Positions 20,197-29,522 are shown, numbered from the stretch's first letter. The stretch: 64,000 bases of DNA from Bacillota bacterium (GCA_050952625.1 JBMNLH010000001.1:1472001-1536000); one strand, 5' to 3'. Notes: a model not told the origin generated them from the letters alone. Program-made: numbers and translations.

Positions 20197-21133
20197 CAGC
20201 TATCTCTCCTCTAGTTCGCTGATTCAGCCATACCCAGCCTCCATAGAGGCTGCACAAACTTACCAAAAATGCAAAGAGTAAAGAAGAAGCAAAGGCAGTC
20301 CCTTTGACTACACCATAGGAGGCGAGTAGGAACACGTAGGCTCCCTCCCTTAATCCATAGCCGTTAATCCCGACCGGTAACATAGCGGCAACCGAAGTAA
20401 CCGGGATAATATAAAGCGCATCCCACCAAAGTAGGTTGGAGATTTGCAGAGCTTGAAAAATAGATAGATTAACCCCAACAACTGAGACCTGGAAGGCAAC
20501 TGATAAGACCCCAACATAAATGATTCGGTACCACTGCCCTTGGAGACAACGACCGTGGCTTTCAATGCCTCTGAGAAAGTTTAATAGTCGGCCGGTCCGC
20601 TTGTTTGTCCAGGCAGGCAGATGTCCCCAGAGGATGAGGCTCAGCAGTCCCAAACTAACCAGAACGAGCAGTAAAAAGAGCATGACCGCCTTTCGATCCG
20701 GTTGAACCACGAAAAAACTGGCCATTAAGCCGGTTAGGGCTAGACCGCCGGTGGCCAGGATGCGCTCAACGACTACCGAGGCGACAGCCCCGGGTGTATC
20801 ACCAGTGGCTTCTCGGACCCAGTAGATCCGCCAGGCATCCCCACCGATACTGGATGGCAGGAAATTGTTTAAGAAAAGTCCTGTCCAGTAGGCTTGCCAC
20901 AGTTCTTTCCATTTTAAGTTTATACCTTGAGCTTTTAAGACTGCCTGCCATTTCGCCACGCTCAAGAGCATGGAGATAATAATCCAGACAACCGCCAGCG
21001 TTATCCAGGTAAGTTTGACACTGGTTAACACCTGAAGCAATTGGGGCCAGTCGATCGAGTACGCTAGCCAGCCCATTAGGGCAACGGAGACAATACCGCG
21101 CCCAAGAATATTCCACAGCGACTGCTTACCCAT
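20141..21133 (-). CDS. Lysylphosphatidylglycerol synthase TM-domain (UPF0104, flippase-like) membrane protein
   Basis: FLNNFLPSSIGGDAWR, SVVVERI, LPVGINGYGLRE; multiple TM segments. Confidence 0.88.
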   Translation of the reverse strand: MGKQSLWNILGRGIVSVALMGWLAYSIDWPQLLQVLTSVKLTWITLAVVWIIISMLLSVAKWQAVLKAQGINLKWKELWQAYWTGLFLNNFLPSSIGGDAWRIYWVREATGDTPGAVASVVVERILATGGLALTGLMASFFVVQPDRKAVMLFLLLVLVSLGLLSLILWGHLPAWTNKRTGRLLNFLRGIESHGRCLQGQWYRIIYVGVLSVAFQVSVVGVNLSIFQALQISNLLWWDALYIIPVTSVAAMLPVGINGYGLREGAYVFLLASYGVVKGTAFASSLLFAFLVSLCSLYGGWVWLNQRTRGEIADVSVKSSSDCPGTNEVRP

Positions 21134-21277
21134 GAAGATAATGTCCCTATCTTTTTAATTGATGGGTAGAATAGCCCAATAAGCTATCTGCCAGTTACCA
21201 TGCAACGTAACCGGCAGAGCTTTTGTGTTAATTCTTGCTTAATAAATGGTTACCAACTGATAGCGATAATTATTGTT

Positions 21278-22210
21278 CTATCTTTCAACTGTTAAAGACT
21301 GGTTGCCAGCCCACTCGTGATAGGAAGCGTCATAGTTCCTGGCTTTAGTAAAGCCGACCATTCTCATAACCTGGGACATGTGAGCTGACCGAATACCGGC
21401 GGTGCAGTAAGTTACTATCTCATCATCTAGATTGAGTCCAGCCGCCGTAAACAACTGCTTGATTTCGTCCGAGCTCTTTAAGGTACCATCCTGGTTAAAC
21501 ATATTTTCAAACGGGAGGCTGATGGCTCCAGGCAGATGCCCGCCACGGACTTCACCATAATCAGTCGCCCCACCATATTCCTTACTGGAACGGGAGTCGA
21601 CAATCTTAATGTTCTTCTGGTTGCTGATAATCCAATCAGTGGTGGCATTCATGCTTTCATCAAGGCTGGCTATCTCAAACTTTACCGGGGCTGGTTGAAC
21701 TTTATCCTTACTAATCTCATCATTTATTGCTTTCCAGGCCGCTAGGCCACCGTCCAATATTTTAACATCCTTAATACCGGCCATTTTTAACATCCACAGA
21801 ATACGGCCGTCTTCACCCCAACCCGGCGGTTGGGCATAAACGATAACTGGTTTATCTCCGCTAACCCCTAATTGGCCGATCTTAGCCGCTAGTTGCTCTT
21901 TGGGCAACAACACGCCCCAACCAGGGTCACCCGGTTTTTTGCCTTCCATACTGGTAAAGCTCTGCCACACGGCACTAACCGCCCCGGGAATATGACCAGA
22001 ATTGTAATCCTTCTCAGGCCTGGCATCAATAACTACTACGTCGCTCAGGTTAGCCTTAAGCCAGTTCGCATCAACAAAAAGGGTACTTTTTAATTGGTCC
22101 ATTTGGGCAGACTGGTTTTCCGGTGGTGCTGGGGTGTTCCCGCCACAACCCACAAGACTGACCAGCATCACCACTAATAAGGACAGAACCGCGACTTTTC
22201 TTCCCCACAT
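21278..22210 (-). CDS. Tandem-rhodanese sulfurtransferase lipoprotein (YnjE/SseA-like)
   Basis: Lipobox LVGC, GHIPGAV, ILDGGLAAW, GHLPGAI, active-site loop YCTAGIRS, YDASYHEW. Confidence 0.92.
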   Translation of the reverse strand: MWGRKVAVLSLLVVMLVSLVGCGGNTPAPPENQSAQMDQLKSTLFVDANWLKANLSDVVVIDARPEKDYNSGHIPGAVSAVWQSFTSMEGKKPGDPGWGVLLPKEQLAAKIGQLGVSGDKPVIVYAQPPGWGEDGRILWMLKMAGIKDVKILDGGLAAWKAINDEISKDKVQPAPVKFEIASLDESMNATTDWIISNQKNIKIVDSRSSKEYGGATDYGEVRGGHLPGAISLPFENMFNQDGTLKSSDEIKQLFTAAGLNLDDEIVTYCTAGIRSAHMSQVMRMVGFTKARNYDASYHEWAGNQSLTVER

Positions 22211-22376
22211 GAATCTCGTACCTCCTCAAACAAAATCAAAAATTATAACTTCCTACTATATAAATTATAACTACCTGGTATATTATAACAGAACGGACGT
22301 TATACGTCTAATAACTATTAGTTATAGGAGGTTCGTGTTAGTACTTGTTTTAGTTATAGTTTGCCAGCTTTGAGTT

Positions 22377-22495
22377 GTTTATCTGAGTTCAAAAGATCCC
22401 TACTTCTATAAGTGGGGGTTACCATGTTCACACTCCAGGTGGAGTAGAGTCCCCACCTGAGGCTCCGATGTTCAGCGAAGCTGAACGAGTTCACT
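22377..22495. mobile_element. 119-bp non-autonomous palindromic repeat, copy 1 (IS200/IS605-end-like)
   Basis: Homologous to 29075-29193, about 46732-46860 (inverted) and 59502-59520 (partial). Hairpins tccctacttctataagtggggg, caggtggag...ccccacctg, gttcagcgaagctgaac. Confidence 0.7.
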
Positions 22496-22498
22496 GCC

Positions 22499-24685
22499 TC
22501 ACCCCTGAGATGAATGTTTGACTCCAAGAAGCCTCATCCCGTTTAACGTTACCAACAGCGAACTGCCCATGTCTCCGACGATCGCCAGCCACAAGGTTAA
22601 CCAACCGGGGATAACCAGGAGTAGAATCACTCCTTTGATAGCCAGGGAAAGAACAATATTCTGCTTGATGATACGCTGGGTTCGTCGACTCAGGTCAATG
22701 GTGTAAGGTAATTTAGACAAATCATCCGTCATTAGGGCAATATCGGCGGTTTCCAGAGCTGTATCAGTCCCAGCTGCACCCATAGCAATGCCCACAGTCG
22801 CGCTGGCCAGGGCCGGGGCATCGTTGACGCCATCCCCGACCATGGCCACTTTAGCGTGTTCCGCCATCAACTTTTTTATCGCAACTGCTTTATCTTTCGG
22901 CAACAAATCTGCCTTAACCTCGTCCACTCCTAGGTTGCTGGCAATCGCACGGGCGGTCCGCTCATTATCCCCGGTCAGCATCACCACTTTATTAAGGCCG
23001 ACTTTTTTCAGTTGCTCAATAGCTGCTCGACTAGTATTTCTTAAACCATCAGCTACGGCGATCGACCCGAGGATCTTTTCTTCATCGCCCAGGACCATCG
23101 CTGTTTTGCCTTCCTGTTGAAGCTGGGTAATCGCTGCTTCCACCTTGGCTAGGGAAATCCCTTGTTCCTGAAAGAAACCCACCTTGCCGATGGAGTATTT
23201 TCGACGATTAACTATACCCTGGGCCCCTTTACCCAAAACTGCTTCGAATTGGGTTACTGATGGGATAGTAATTCCTTGTTCTTTGGCATAATTTACAATT
23301 GCTTCCCCCAGCGGGTGGCCGGAGCGGGACTCAATGGCGGAAGCCAGGGTGAGTAGTTCCTCACGGCTGCTGCCGTTTAAGGGAAGGATATCGGTTACCT
23401 GGGGTTTGCCCTGCGTGAGGGTGCCGGTCTTATCAAAGGCAATGACCGAAAGGTTCCCGATTTCTTCCAGGTAGGCCCCGCCTTTGATTAAAACCCCGTT
23501 CCGGGCGGCACTGCTAATCGCGGAAGCAATTGATACTGGAGTGGAGATAACCAACGCACAGGGGCAGGCGACCAACAGCATGGCCAGGGCCTCATAAAAC
23601 CACTGATTAAAGGACTGGTTAAAAGCCAGCGGGGGGATTATGGCCACCAAGGCCGCCGCCATAATCACCAGAGGGGTATAGTAACGAGCGAACTTGTCGA
23701 TAAACTGTTGGGAGGGGGCCCGCTGGCCCTGGGCTTCTTCGACCAGATGAATAATCCGGGCCAGGGTGTTATCTTTGGCCAGTTTCGTGACCGCAATTTC
23801 CAGAGCCCCCTGCTCATTGATCGTCCCGGCAAACACCTCGTCGCCGGGTTGTTTATCCACCGGCAAAGACTCACCGGTAATCGGGGCCTGGTTGACCGTG
23901 GAGGCACCCCTGACGACCCGGCCATCCATGGGGATCCGTTCCCCTGGTCGCACGATTACTGTGTCGTCAAGGCGAATCGCCTCAACTGGCAGTATCATTT
24001 CCTGATTGTTGCGCCGAACCAGAGCCTCGTTGGGGGTTAGTTCCATCAAGGCCCGAATTGAATTCCGGGTCTTATCCAGGGTATAGCCCTGCAGGGCATT
24101 GCCCAGGGAAAACAGGAAGACCACGACCGCGCCTTCCTCAAGCTGACCGATCGCGACGGCCCCAAGCACGGCCAGCATCATTAAAGTGTTCATGTCTAGC
24201 TCCCGCGCTTTCAGCAGCATTGCCAAACCATTTTTCGCCGGGAGATAGCCGCCCAAGACGATTCCAATGAGATAGATGGGGTGGACAATTGAGTCCGGCA
24301 AGCCCACTAAATGCTGCAGGCTAACGGCCAGGCCGATGATCGCTCCTGAAATAATCGTTGATCGAGCATATCTATTAGTCTTCCAGAATGCAGCTGGCGG
24401 TTGATCATTGGCCTTCGCTCCTTCCAGGGTTCCGCTGTAGCCGAGTTCTTCGATGATGTGCATCAGCTCCGCTATTGACCCACGGTGGGTGACATCTAGT
24501 TTGGCGGCCCCAAAATTAACACGGGCGGTTTCTACCTCGGGGACCGCTTGGATCCTTTTTTCTAACTTGGCTGCGCAATCGGCACAATCCAGACCGCTGA
24601 TTCGGATGGTGGTATCTCGGAGAATGGTTCCGGTACTATGGTCAGTTGTTAGATCCTTCATGTTGATTTCCACTGCTTTCCCCAT
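22499..24685 (-). CDS. cadA: Cd/Zn/Pb-transporting P1B-type ATPase
   Basis: HMA GLDCADC, TGES, CPCALVISTP, DKTGTLT, HP, GDGVNDAPAL, QNI...IK, DMG. Confidence 0.93.
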   Translation of the reverse strand: MGKAVEINMKDLTTDHSTGTILRDTTIRISGLDCADCAAKLEKRIQAVPEVETARVNFGAAKLDVTHRGSIAELMHIIEELGYSGTLEGAKANDQPPAAFWKTNRYARSTIISGAIIGLAVSLQHLVGLPDSIVHPIYLIGIVLGGYLPAKNGLAMLLKARELDMNTLMMLAVLGAVAIGQLEEGAVVVFLFSLGNALQGYTLDKTRNSIRALMELTPNEALVRRNNQEMILPVEAIRLDDTVIVRPGERIPMDGRVVRGASTVNQAPITGESLPVDKQPGDEVFAGTINEQGALEIAVTKLAKDNTLARIIHLVEEAQGQRAPSQQFIDKFARYYTPLVIMAAALVAIIPPLAFNQSFNQWFYEALAMLLVACPCALVISTPVSIASAISSAARNGVLIKGGAYLEEIGNLSVIAFDKTGTLTQGKPQVTDILPLNGSSREELLTLASAIESRSGHPLGEAIVNYAKEQGITIPSVTQFEAVLGKGAQGIVNRRKYSIGKVGFFQEQGISLAKVEAAITQLQQEGKTAMVLGDEEKILGSIAVADGLRNTSRAAIEQLKKVGLNKVVMLTGDNERTARAIASNLGVDEVKADLLPKDKAVAIKKLMAEHAKVAMVGDGVNDAPALASATVGIAMGAAGTDTALETADIALMTDDLSKLPYTIDLSRRTQRIIKQNIVLSLAIKGVILLLVIPGWLTLWLAIVGDMGSSLLVTLNGMRLLGVKHSSQG

Positions 24686-24724
24686 TCTTTCATCCCCCTT
24701 GCGGTATATATAACTACACTCTCT

Positions 24725-25123
24725 TCACTCCATGACGTGCTCCAGCCCTTGCCCAAACAACTTCTCGATATGCTTGTCTGCTAAAGAGTAGTATAAGACC
24801 TTGCCGTCCCGCCTAAATCTGACTAATTTTTGGTTTCGCAACACCCTTAATTGGTGAGAAACAGCTGACTCCGATACCCCAATTACGGCGGCCAGATCAC
24901 AAACACATAATTCGTGGTTCATTAGGGCAAACAGCAGGTTAACCCGTGTAGGATCGCCTAGGGTTTTAAAAAGTTCGGCTAATGACCGAGCAATGTCTAC
25001 GTCAATCATTCGCTCGCGCACTTCTTTAACGCTGTCTTCATGAATGCAGGTTATGTCACAGCGGTCAACTACGATTTCTTGGTTAATTGCCTGACTTACT
25101 TTTCGATTCAGTTCCTTGGTCAT
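24725..25123 (-). CDS. cadC: ArsR/SmtB family metal-sensing repressor (CadC-like)
   Basis: N-terminal CDITCIH, FKTLGDPTR, ELCVCDLA, SAVSHQLR, alpha5 DKHI...GLEHVME. Confidence 0.88.
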   Translation of the reverse strand: MTKELNRKVSQAINQEIVVDRCDITCIHEDSVKEVRERMIDVDIARSLAELFKTLGDPTRVNLLFALMNHELCVCDLAAVIGVSESAVSHQLRVLRNQKLVRFRRDGKVLYYSLADKHIEKLFGQGLEHVME

Positions 25124-25181
25124 TCTTTTATTCCCACCCCCGTAATTCAGATATTTTTCTCTTAATATTTTTCACTTAGGT

Positions 25182-25244
25182 AACATATGAACAGATATTC
25201 AAATGTTCAGTTATAAGTTTATACGTTTATGGTAACTTGGTCAA
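25182..25244 (-). promoter_or_regulatory. cadC promoter and SmtB/CadC-type operator
   Basis: Operator AACATATGAA-cagata-TTCAAATGTT (25182-25207); minus-strand TTGACC-17 nt-TAAACT (25244-25216). Confidence 0.8.
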
Positions 25245-25335
25245 CTGGAAAACCATTTTATATGGTTATCCTTTACCAAACCTTCTCTTTATGCAAAGAA
25301 TAGAATATAATATTTACAAAAGAAGGTGTTTTGAG

Positions 25336-26260
25336 ATGGACGCAAGAATAACAAAACACAATAATGACATCATCATGAAAGCAATGATTGAAACATTTAA
25401 GGATAAGACCCTGAAGGTATTTGGCCTCGAAACCGCTAAGATAGTTGAAGTTATTCCAACTGTTTTACCTGTGCTAGAGGTCAAAGAGAATCGGACCTCC
25501 GATTGGGCAACCTCCTGGAAGGAAGCTGGAAAACGTGCTAGAGGTCAAAGAGAATCGGACCGACTATATTTTTCTCTTGGAGGACAATACCTTATTACAC
25601 TTGGAATTTGCTACCGCTATCACAAAGGGAATCCTGAACCGGTTTGCTCTATACGATGCAAGACTTATTAGCCGAGATGATCGACATGTTAATACAGCAG
25701 TTGTCTATTCTGGGCGAGTGGAGACAGCACCAAGTGTACTGAAAAGGGGATCAATTACTTACCGTGTTACAAATGTCTATATGAAAAGTTTTGATGGCGA
25801 CTTGGAGTACCAACGATTGCGCGATAAAATTGAGAATAATGAAACCCTGACCGAGGAAGATACCCTGAAGCTGGTTTTTCTACCCCTGATGAAAAGTGAG
25901 AATTCCGAAGACGAGATGGCCATTCAAGCCGCGGAACTGGCTAAGGAGATCAAGGGAGAGATCAAGACGCTTATTATCGGAGCAATTGTCGCTATTACCG
26001 ATAAATTTATGGCTGAGAACTACAAGAAAAAACTGCTGGAGGTGTTAAGGATGACCCAAATTGAGCAGTGGATCAGGGAAGAAGGTAAAATAGAAGGCAG
26101 ATTAGAAGGTAGATTAGAAGGTAGACTAGAAGGTAAACTAGAAGGCAAAATAGAAATTGCCAAGGCAGCGTTAAAAGAGGGCGCGGATATTGAGTTCGTT
26201 GCTAAAATAACTGGGTTGAGCAACGAAGTTATTCTTAATTTAAAAAGAGAATTGAATTAG
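25336..26260 (+). pseudogene. Rpn/YhgA-like PD-(D/E)XK protein interrupted by a 64-bp frameshifting insertion
   Basis: Two overlapping ORFs share a duplicated LEVKENRT; removing 64 bp gives 286 aa. R.D..F...D...HLEF motif, (E)G(R/K)LE repeats, IAK...EG...EFVAKITGLS C-terminus. Confidence 0.8.
26051..26260 (+). CDS. Putative internally initiated RpnS-like small protein (69 aa)
   Basis: GGAGGTG at 26038-26044, 6 nt before in-frame ATG 26051; covers the 12-bp repeats and the C-terminal helical domain. Confidence 0.6.
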   Translation: MTQIEQWIREEGKIEGRLEGRLEGRLEGKLEGKIEIAKAALKEGADIEFVAKITGLSNEVILNLKRELN

Positions 26261-26339
26261 ATAACATCTCTAATCGCGACGTTCAATTGAGTTGGAAATA
26301 CCGGAAAAATGGCACAAGGGACAACTTAGAGTTAATGCA

Positions 26340-26380
26340 GAAAGGCCTTTGAAGAATCCTTCGGAGACCTTTCCTTTTTC
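26340..26380 (+). terminator. Intrinsic terminator after Rpn-like gene
   Basis: gaaaggcctttgaag...cttcggagacctttc followed by T-tract. Confidence 0.65.
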
Positions 26381-26451
26381 CGAATAAAGGTCTGACCCTC
26401 CTAGAAAAGTTTACCTTAAACGGATGTTTAATGTTTCAATAAAAGTACCAT

Positions 26452-28848
26452 TCAAAGCCGCACTCGTTTCAGCCGCAAAGCGTTACTCACTACGGAAACC
26501 GAACTCAGAGCCATGGCCCCTCCAGCCAGGACCGGACTCAGCAGGCCAGCCGCAGCGACTGGAATCCCCACCAGGTTGTAGATAAAAGCCCAAAACAGGT
26601 TTTGTTTAACGTTACGCATTGTGGCTTGGCTAAGCCGGATTGCGGTCGTAATCGATCGCAGGTCTCCGCGCATCAGGGTGATATCGGCTGCTTCCATGGC
26701 GACATCGGTCCCGGTACCCATGGCAATTCCCACGTCTGCCGTGGCCAAGGCTGGGGCATCGTTAATTCCATCCCCGATCATGGCGACAATTCGGCCCTGA
26801 TCTTTCAGCCTTTGGACTTCTCGGGCCTTATCCTCCGGCAGTACCTCAGCCAGGACCTGATCAATCCCAACTTCTTTGGCGATGGCCCGGGAGGTCCGCT
26901 GGTTATCCCCGGTGATCATCCACACCTGAATCCCCATGTTCTTCAGTTCTTGAATCGCCGCGGCTGAGTGTTCCTTGACTGTATCCGCCACCCCGATAAC
27001 CGCAGCGACAGATTGGTCAACGGCCAATATGACCGTGGTTTTGCCGGCCCCCTCTAATTCTTCTAGAATCGGCTGCACTGATTCCACACTAATTCCCTGC
27101 TCTTCCAAAAAAGGCCGGGTTCCCATCAGGACCTGCCGGCCTTCGACGCAGGAAACCACACCCTTCCCGGGCACGGCTGTAAATTCCTCCGGATCAATCA
27201 GGTCAAACCCAGGTGTCCTTGCCAAGGCTCCTTGCACAATTGCCTGGGCCACCGGGTGCTCGGATAGTTTTTCAACTCGGGCGGCCCAGTTTAATAGCAC
27301 CGCCTCTTGACTGGCGTACAGCCCAACCGCCACAAAATCTGTTAGGGCTGGTTCACCCTTGGTGATAGTACCGGTCTTGTCCAACACCACGGTATCCACC
27401 CGGTGCGCTCGTTCCAGGTGCTCCCCGCCGCGAATCAGGATCCCGTTTTCCGCTCCCCGGCCGGTTCCAACCATGATCGAGGTGGGCGTTGCTAATCCCA
27501 TGGCACACGGGCAGGCAATCACCAGAACCGCGGTGGCACTAATCAGGGCGCGCGAAAAGTTGCCTGGGGCCACCCCCCAGTACCAGATTGCAAAGGTACT
27601 GAGGGCAATGACAACCACCACCGGGACAAAATAGCTGGCGACCAGGTCTGCCAACCGTTGGATTGGAGCCTTGGAACCCTGGGCCTCTTGGACTACGCGA
27701 ATGATTTGGGCGAGCACCGTATCCCGGCCGACTCGGGTGGCTTCGATTTTCAGCACCCCAAACTTGTTCACCGTGGCCCCGGCCACCAAATCGCCTGACT
27801 GTTTGTCAACTGGTACGCTTTCCCCAGTTAGCATTGATTCATCAACCGCTGAGTAGCCTTCTTTGACCTGGCCATCCACGGGGATTCGCTCTCCAGGCCG
27901 CACGACCACCAGATCACCGACCATTACCTCGGTGGTGGGAATTTCTCGTTCCTGCCCGGCCCGAATAACCCGGGCGGTTCGGGGTTGGAGGCCCATCAGC
28001 TTCCGGATCGCTTCTGAGGTTCGGCCTTTGGCCAAAGATTCCAGGTACTTGCCCAGTAAAATCAGGGTGATCAAGATGGCACTGACCTCAAAATACAGAT
28101 GGGTATGCGGCGTCAAGAAACCAATTCCCAGACTATAAAAATAAGCAGAACTGGTTCCCAAAGCTACCAGCACGTCCATATTGGCACTGCCGCTGCGCAG
28201 GGCACTAAAAGCCCCGCGGTAAAAGGGATAGCCGGCGATAAACTGAACCGGGGTCGCTAGCAGCACCTGCGTTGAAAAGGCGGTCAACCACCTGGGTAGA
28301 GCAAAACCCAGGAATTCTCCCAACATCATAATTAGAAAGGGTACAGACAGGGTTGCGGAAAACAGGAGGAGTCGAAGTCTCTGCCGTATTTCCCCAGATT
28401 CAGTTTTTTGTACCTCTTCTTCCTGTAAAGTGGTTGCCGGACGAGCCTCAAAACCCAGGCGCGCAATAGTTCCAACAAGGTCTTCCACCACCACTTCGGT
28501 TGGAAGGTATTCGACTGTCGCCGTCTCTGTAGCCAGGTTAACACTGGCCTTTTCTACCCCGGCCAGTTTATTCAGCCCTTTTTCGACCCGGGCCACACAG
28601 GCAGCGCAGGCCATGCCTTTAATTTTTAGCTCGATCTTTTCCGTTGGCACCGTGAAGCCCAGCCGTTCAATCTGTTCTACCAGACCAGACACCGCCAGAA
28701 CCTCCGGGTCATATTCGACTGAGGCTTGCTCCAGGGCTAAATTTACCTGGGCGTGGTTAACCCCAGGCAGCCGACTCAGGCCCTTTTCAATTCGGGCCGA
28801 ACACGCAGCACAGCTCATTCCCTTCACTTTCAACGATACCCGCTGCAT
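26452..28848 (-). CDS. copA: Cu(I)-transporting P1B-type ATPase
   Basis: Two HMA domains (GMSCAAC, GMACAAC), [36 protein letters not shown]. Confidence 0.95.
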   Translation of the reverse strand: MQRVSLKVKGMSCAACSARIEKGLSRLPGVNHAQVNLALEQASVEYDPEVLAVSGLVEQIERLGFTVPTEKIELKIKGMACAACVARVEKGLNKLAGVEKASVNLATETATVEYLPTEVVVEDLVGTIARLGFEARPATTLQEEEVQKTESGEIRQRLRLLLFSATLSVPFLIMMLGEFLGFALPRWLTAFSTQVLLATPVQFIAGYPFYRGAFSALRSGSANMDVLVALGTSSAYFYSLGIGFLTPHTHLYFEVSAILITLILLGKYLESLAKGRTSEAIRKLMGLQPRTARVIRAGQEREIPTTEVMVGDLVVVRPGERIPVDGQVKEGYSAVDESMLTGESVPVDKQSGDLVAGATVNKFGVLKIEATRVGRDTVLAQIIRVVQEAQGSKAPIQRLADLVASYFVPVVVVIALSTFAIWYWGVAPGNFSRALISATAVLVIACPCAMGLATPTSIMVGTGRGAENGILIRGGEHLERAHRVDTVVLDKTGTITKGEPALTDFVAVGLYASQEAVLLNWAARVEKLSEHPVAQAIVQGALARTPGFDLIDPEEFTAVPGKGVVSCVEGRQVLMGTRPFLEEQGISVESVQPILEELEGAGKTTVILAVDQSVAAVIGVADTVKEHSAAAIQELKNMGIQVWMITGDNQRTSRAIAKEVGIDQVLAEVLPEDKAREVQRLKDQGRIVAMIGDGINDAPALATADVGIAMGTGTDVAMEAADITLMRGDLRSITTAIRLSQATMRNVKQNLFWAFIYNLVGIPVAAAGLLSPVLAGGAMALSSVSVVSNALRLKRVRL

Positions 28849-28970
28849 TTTTTATGACTCCCTTGAAGATTTTATATTCTTCTATAGGTTATAGTTTTAG
28901 TTTGTAGTTTTTACTCTCAGTTAAACTTAATCCTACTGTTTAATTTTTCCACTATTTGTTCATAAGATTA

Positions 28971-29041
28971 AGAGGGTAACTTGCGATAACATGTTGCCCT
29001 CCGGTAGTAGATGCAATGTACTAGATTCGTGGTTTTCTTTT
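28971..29041 (+). ncRNA. Putative type I antitoxin-like small RNA, locus A
   Basis: Hairpin gagggtaac/gttgccctc, homologous to 42664-42725 with compensatory changes; convergent to a small hydrophobic ORF. Confidence 0.5.
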
Positions 29042-29074
29042 AATATCCAAATGTTTAGCCAGGATAAATTCCTA

Positions 29075-29193
29075 GTTTATCTGAGTTCAAAAGACTCCTG
29101 CTTATATTAGTGGTGCTTACTTTGTTCAAACTTCAGGTGGAGTAGAGTCTCCACCAGAATCCCCGATGTTCAGCGAAGCTGAACGAGTTTACT
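29075..29193. mobile_element. 119-bp non-autonomous palindromic repeat, copy 2
   Basis: Same length and orientation as 22377-22495; absent from the homologous position of TA locus B, so it is an insertion. Confidence 0.72.
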
Positions 29194-29212
29194 TTCTATA
29201 TCGTTTGCAATA

Positions 29213-29293
29213 CTAACGGGACCACAGAATCAAAAATCCTGGAATTATCGCCGGAACAATTACCAGATGAAAACATCCGCTATGTATCTCCAC
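29213..29293 (-). CDS. Putative Fst/Ldr-like type I toxin peptide (26 aa, possibly truncated by TAG)
   Basis: AAGGAGG, 9 nt, GTG; MEIHSGCFHLVIVPAIIPGFLILWSR* followed in frame by YCKRYRK*; RBS sequestered in hairpin 29300-29360. Confidence 0.55.
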   Translation of the reverse strand: MEIHSGCFHLVIVPAIIPGFLILWSR

Positions 29294-29522
29294 GGCATCA
29301 GTCCTCCTTCCCTTGCCCGGTACCGGCATCCTCCCACCAGCACCAGGCAGAAGGAGGACTTTGCGATTTAACCCGTTAACTGAAGGCGTATACCTTACCA
29401 TGTTAAATTTTGGCTCAATTCTCCTGGTTTCTCAAGGATGATAATAAGACGGGTTCTACTTAATACTGCCGATCGGACTTGTTAAAAACAAATAGCGGGT
29501 TAACCCATCCTGAAATAGTGCT

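Noticed and set aside
22240-22330. ModE-like operator upstream of the rhodanese operon
   Set aside because: TTATAAC repeats and an ataact-att-agttat palindrome are present, but the AT-rich context and poor consensus fit prevent assignment.
25471-25561. Possible CRISPR array (repeat-spacer-repeat)
   Set aside because: Only two repeats, the repeat is coding sequence of the Rpn-like gene, and there is no leader or cas gene in the window. Kept only as an insertion scar.
29189-29215. Pyrrolysine readthrough of the toxin TAG
   Set aside because: No pyl genes in the window; a nonsense mutation is simpler.
29213-29401. 62-aa ORF from the track as a real protein
   Set aside because: Its 5' part is the structured leader; the strong RBS points to GTG 29293.
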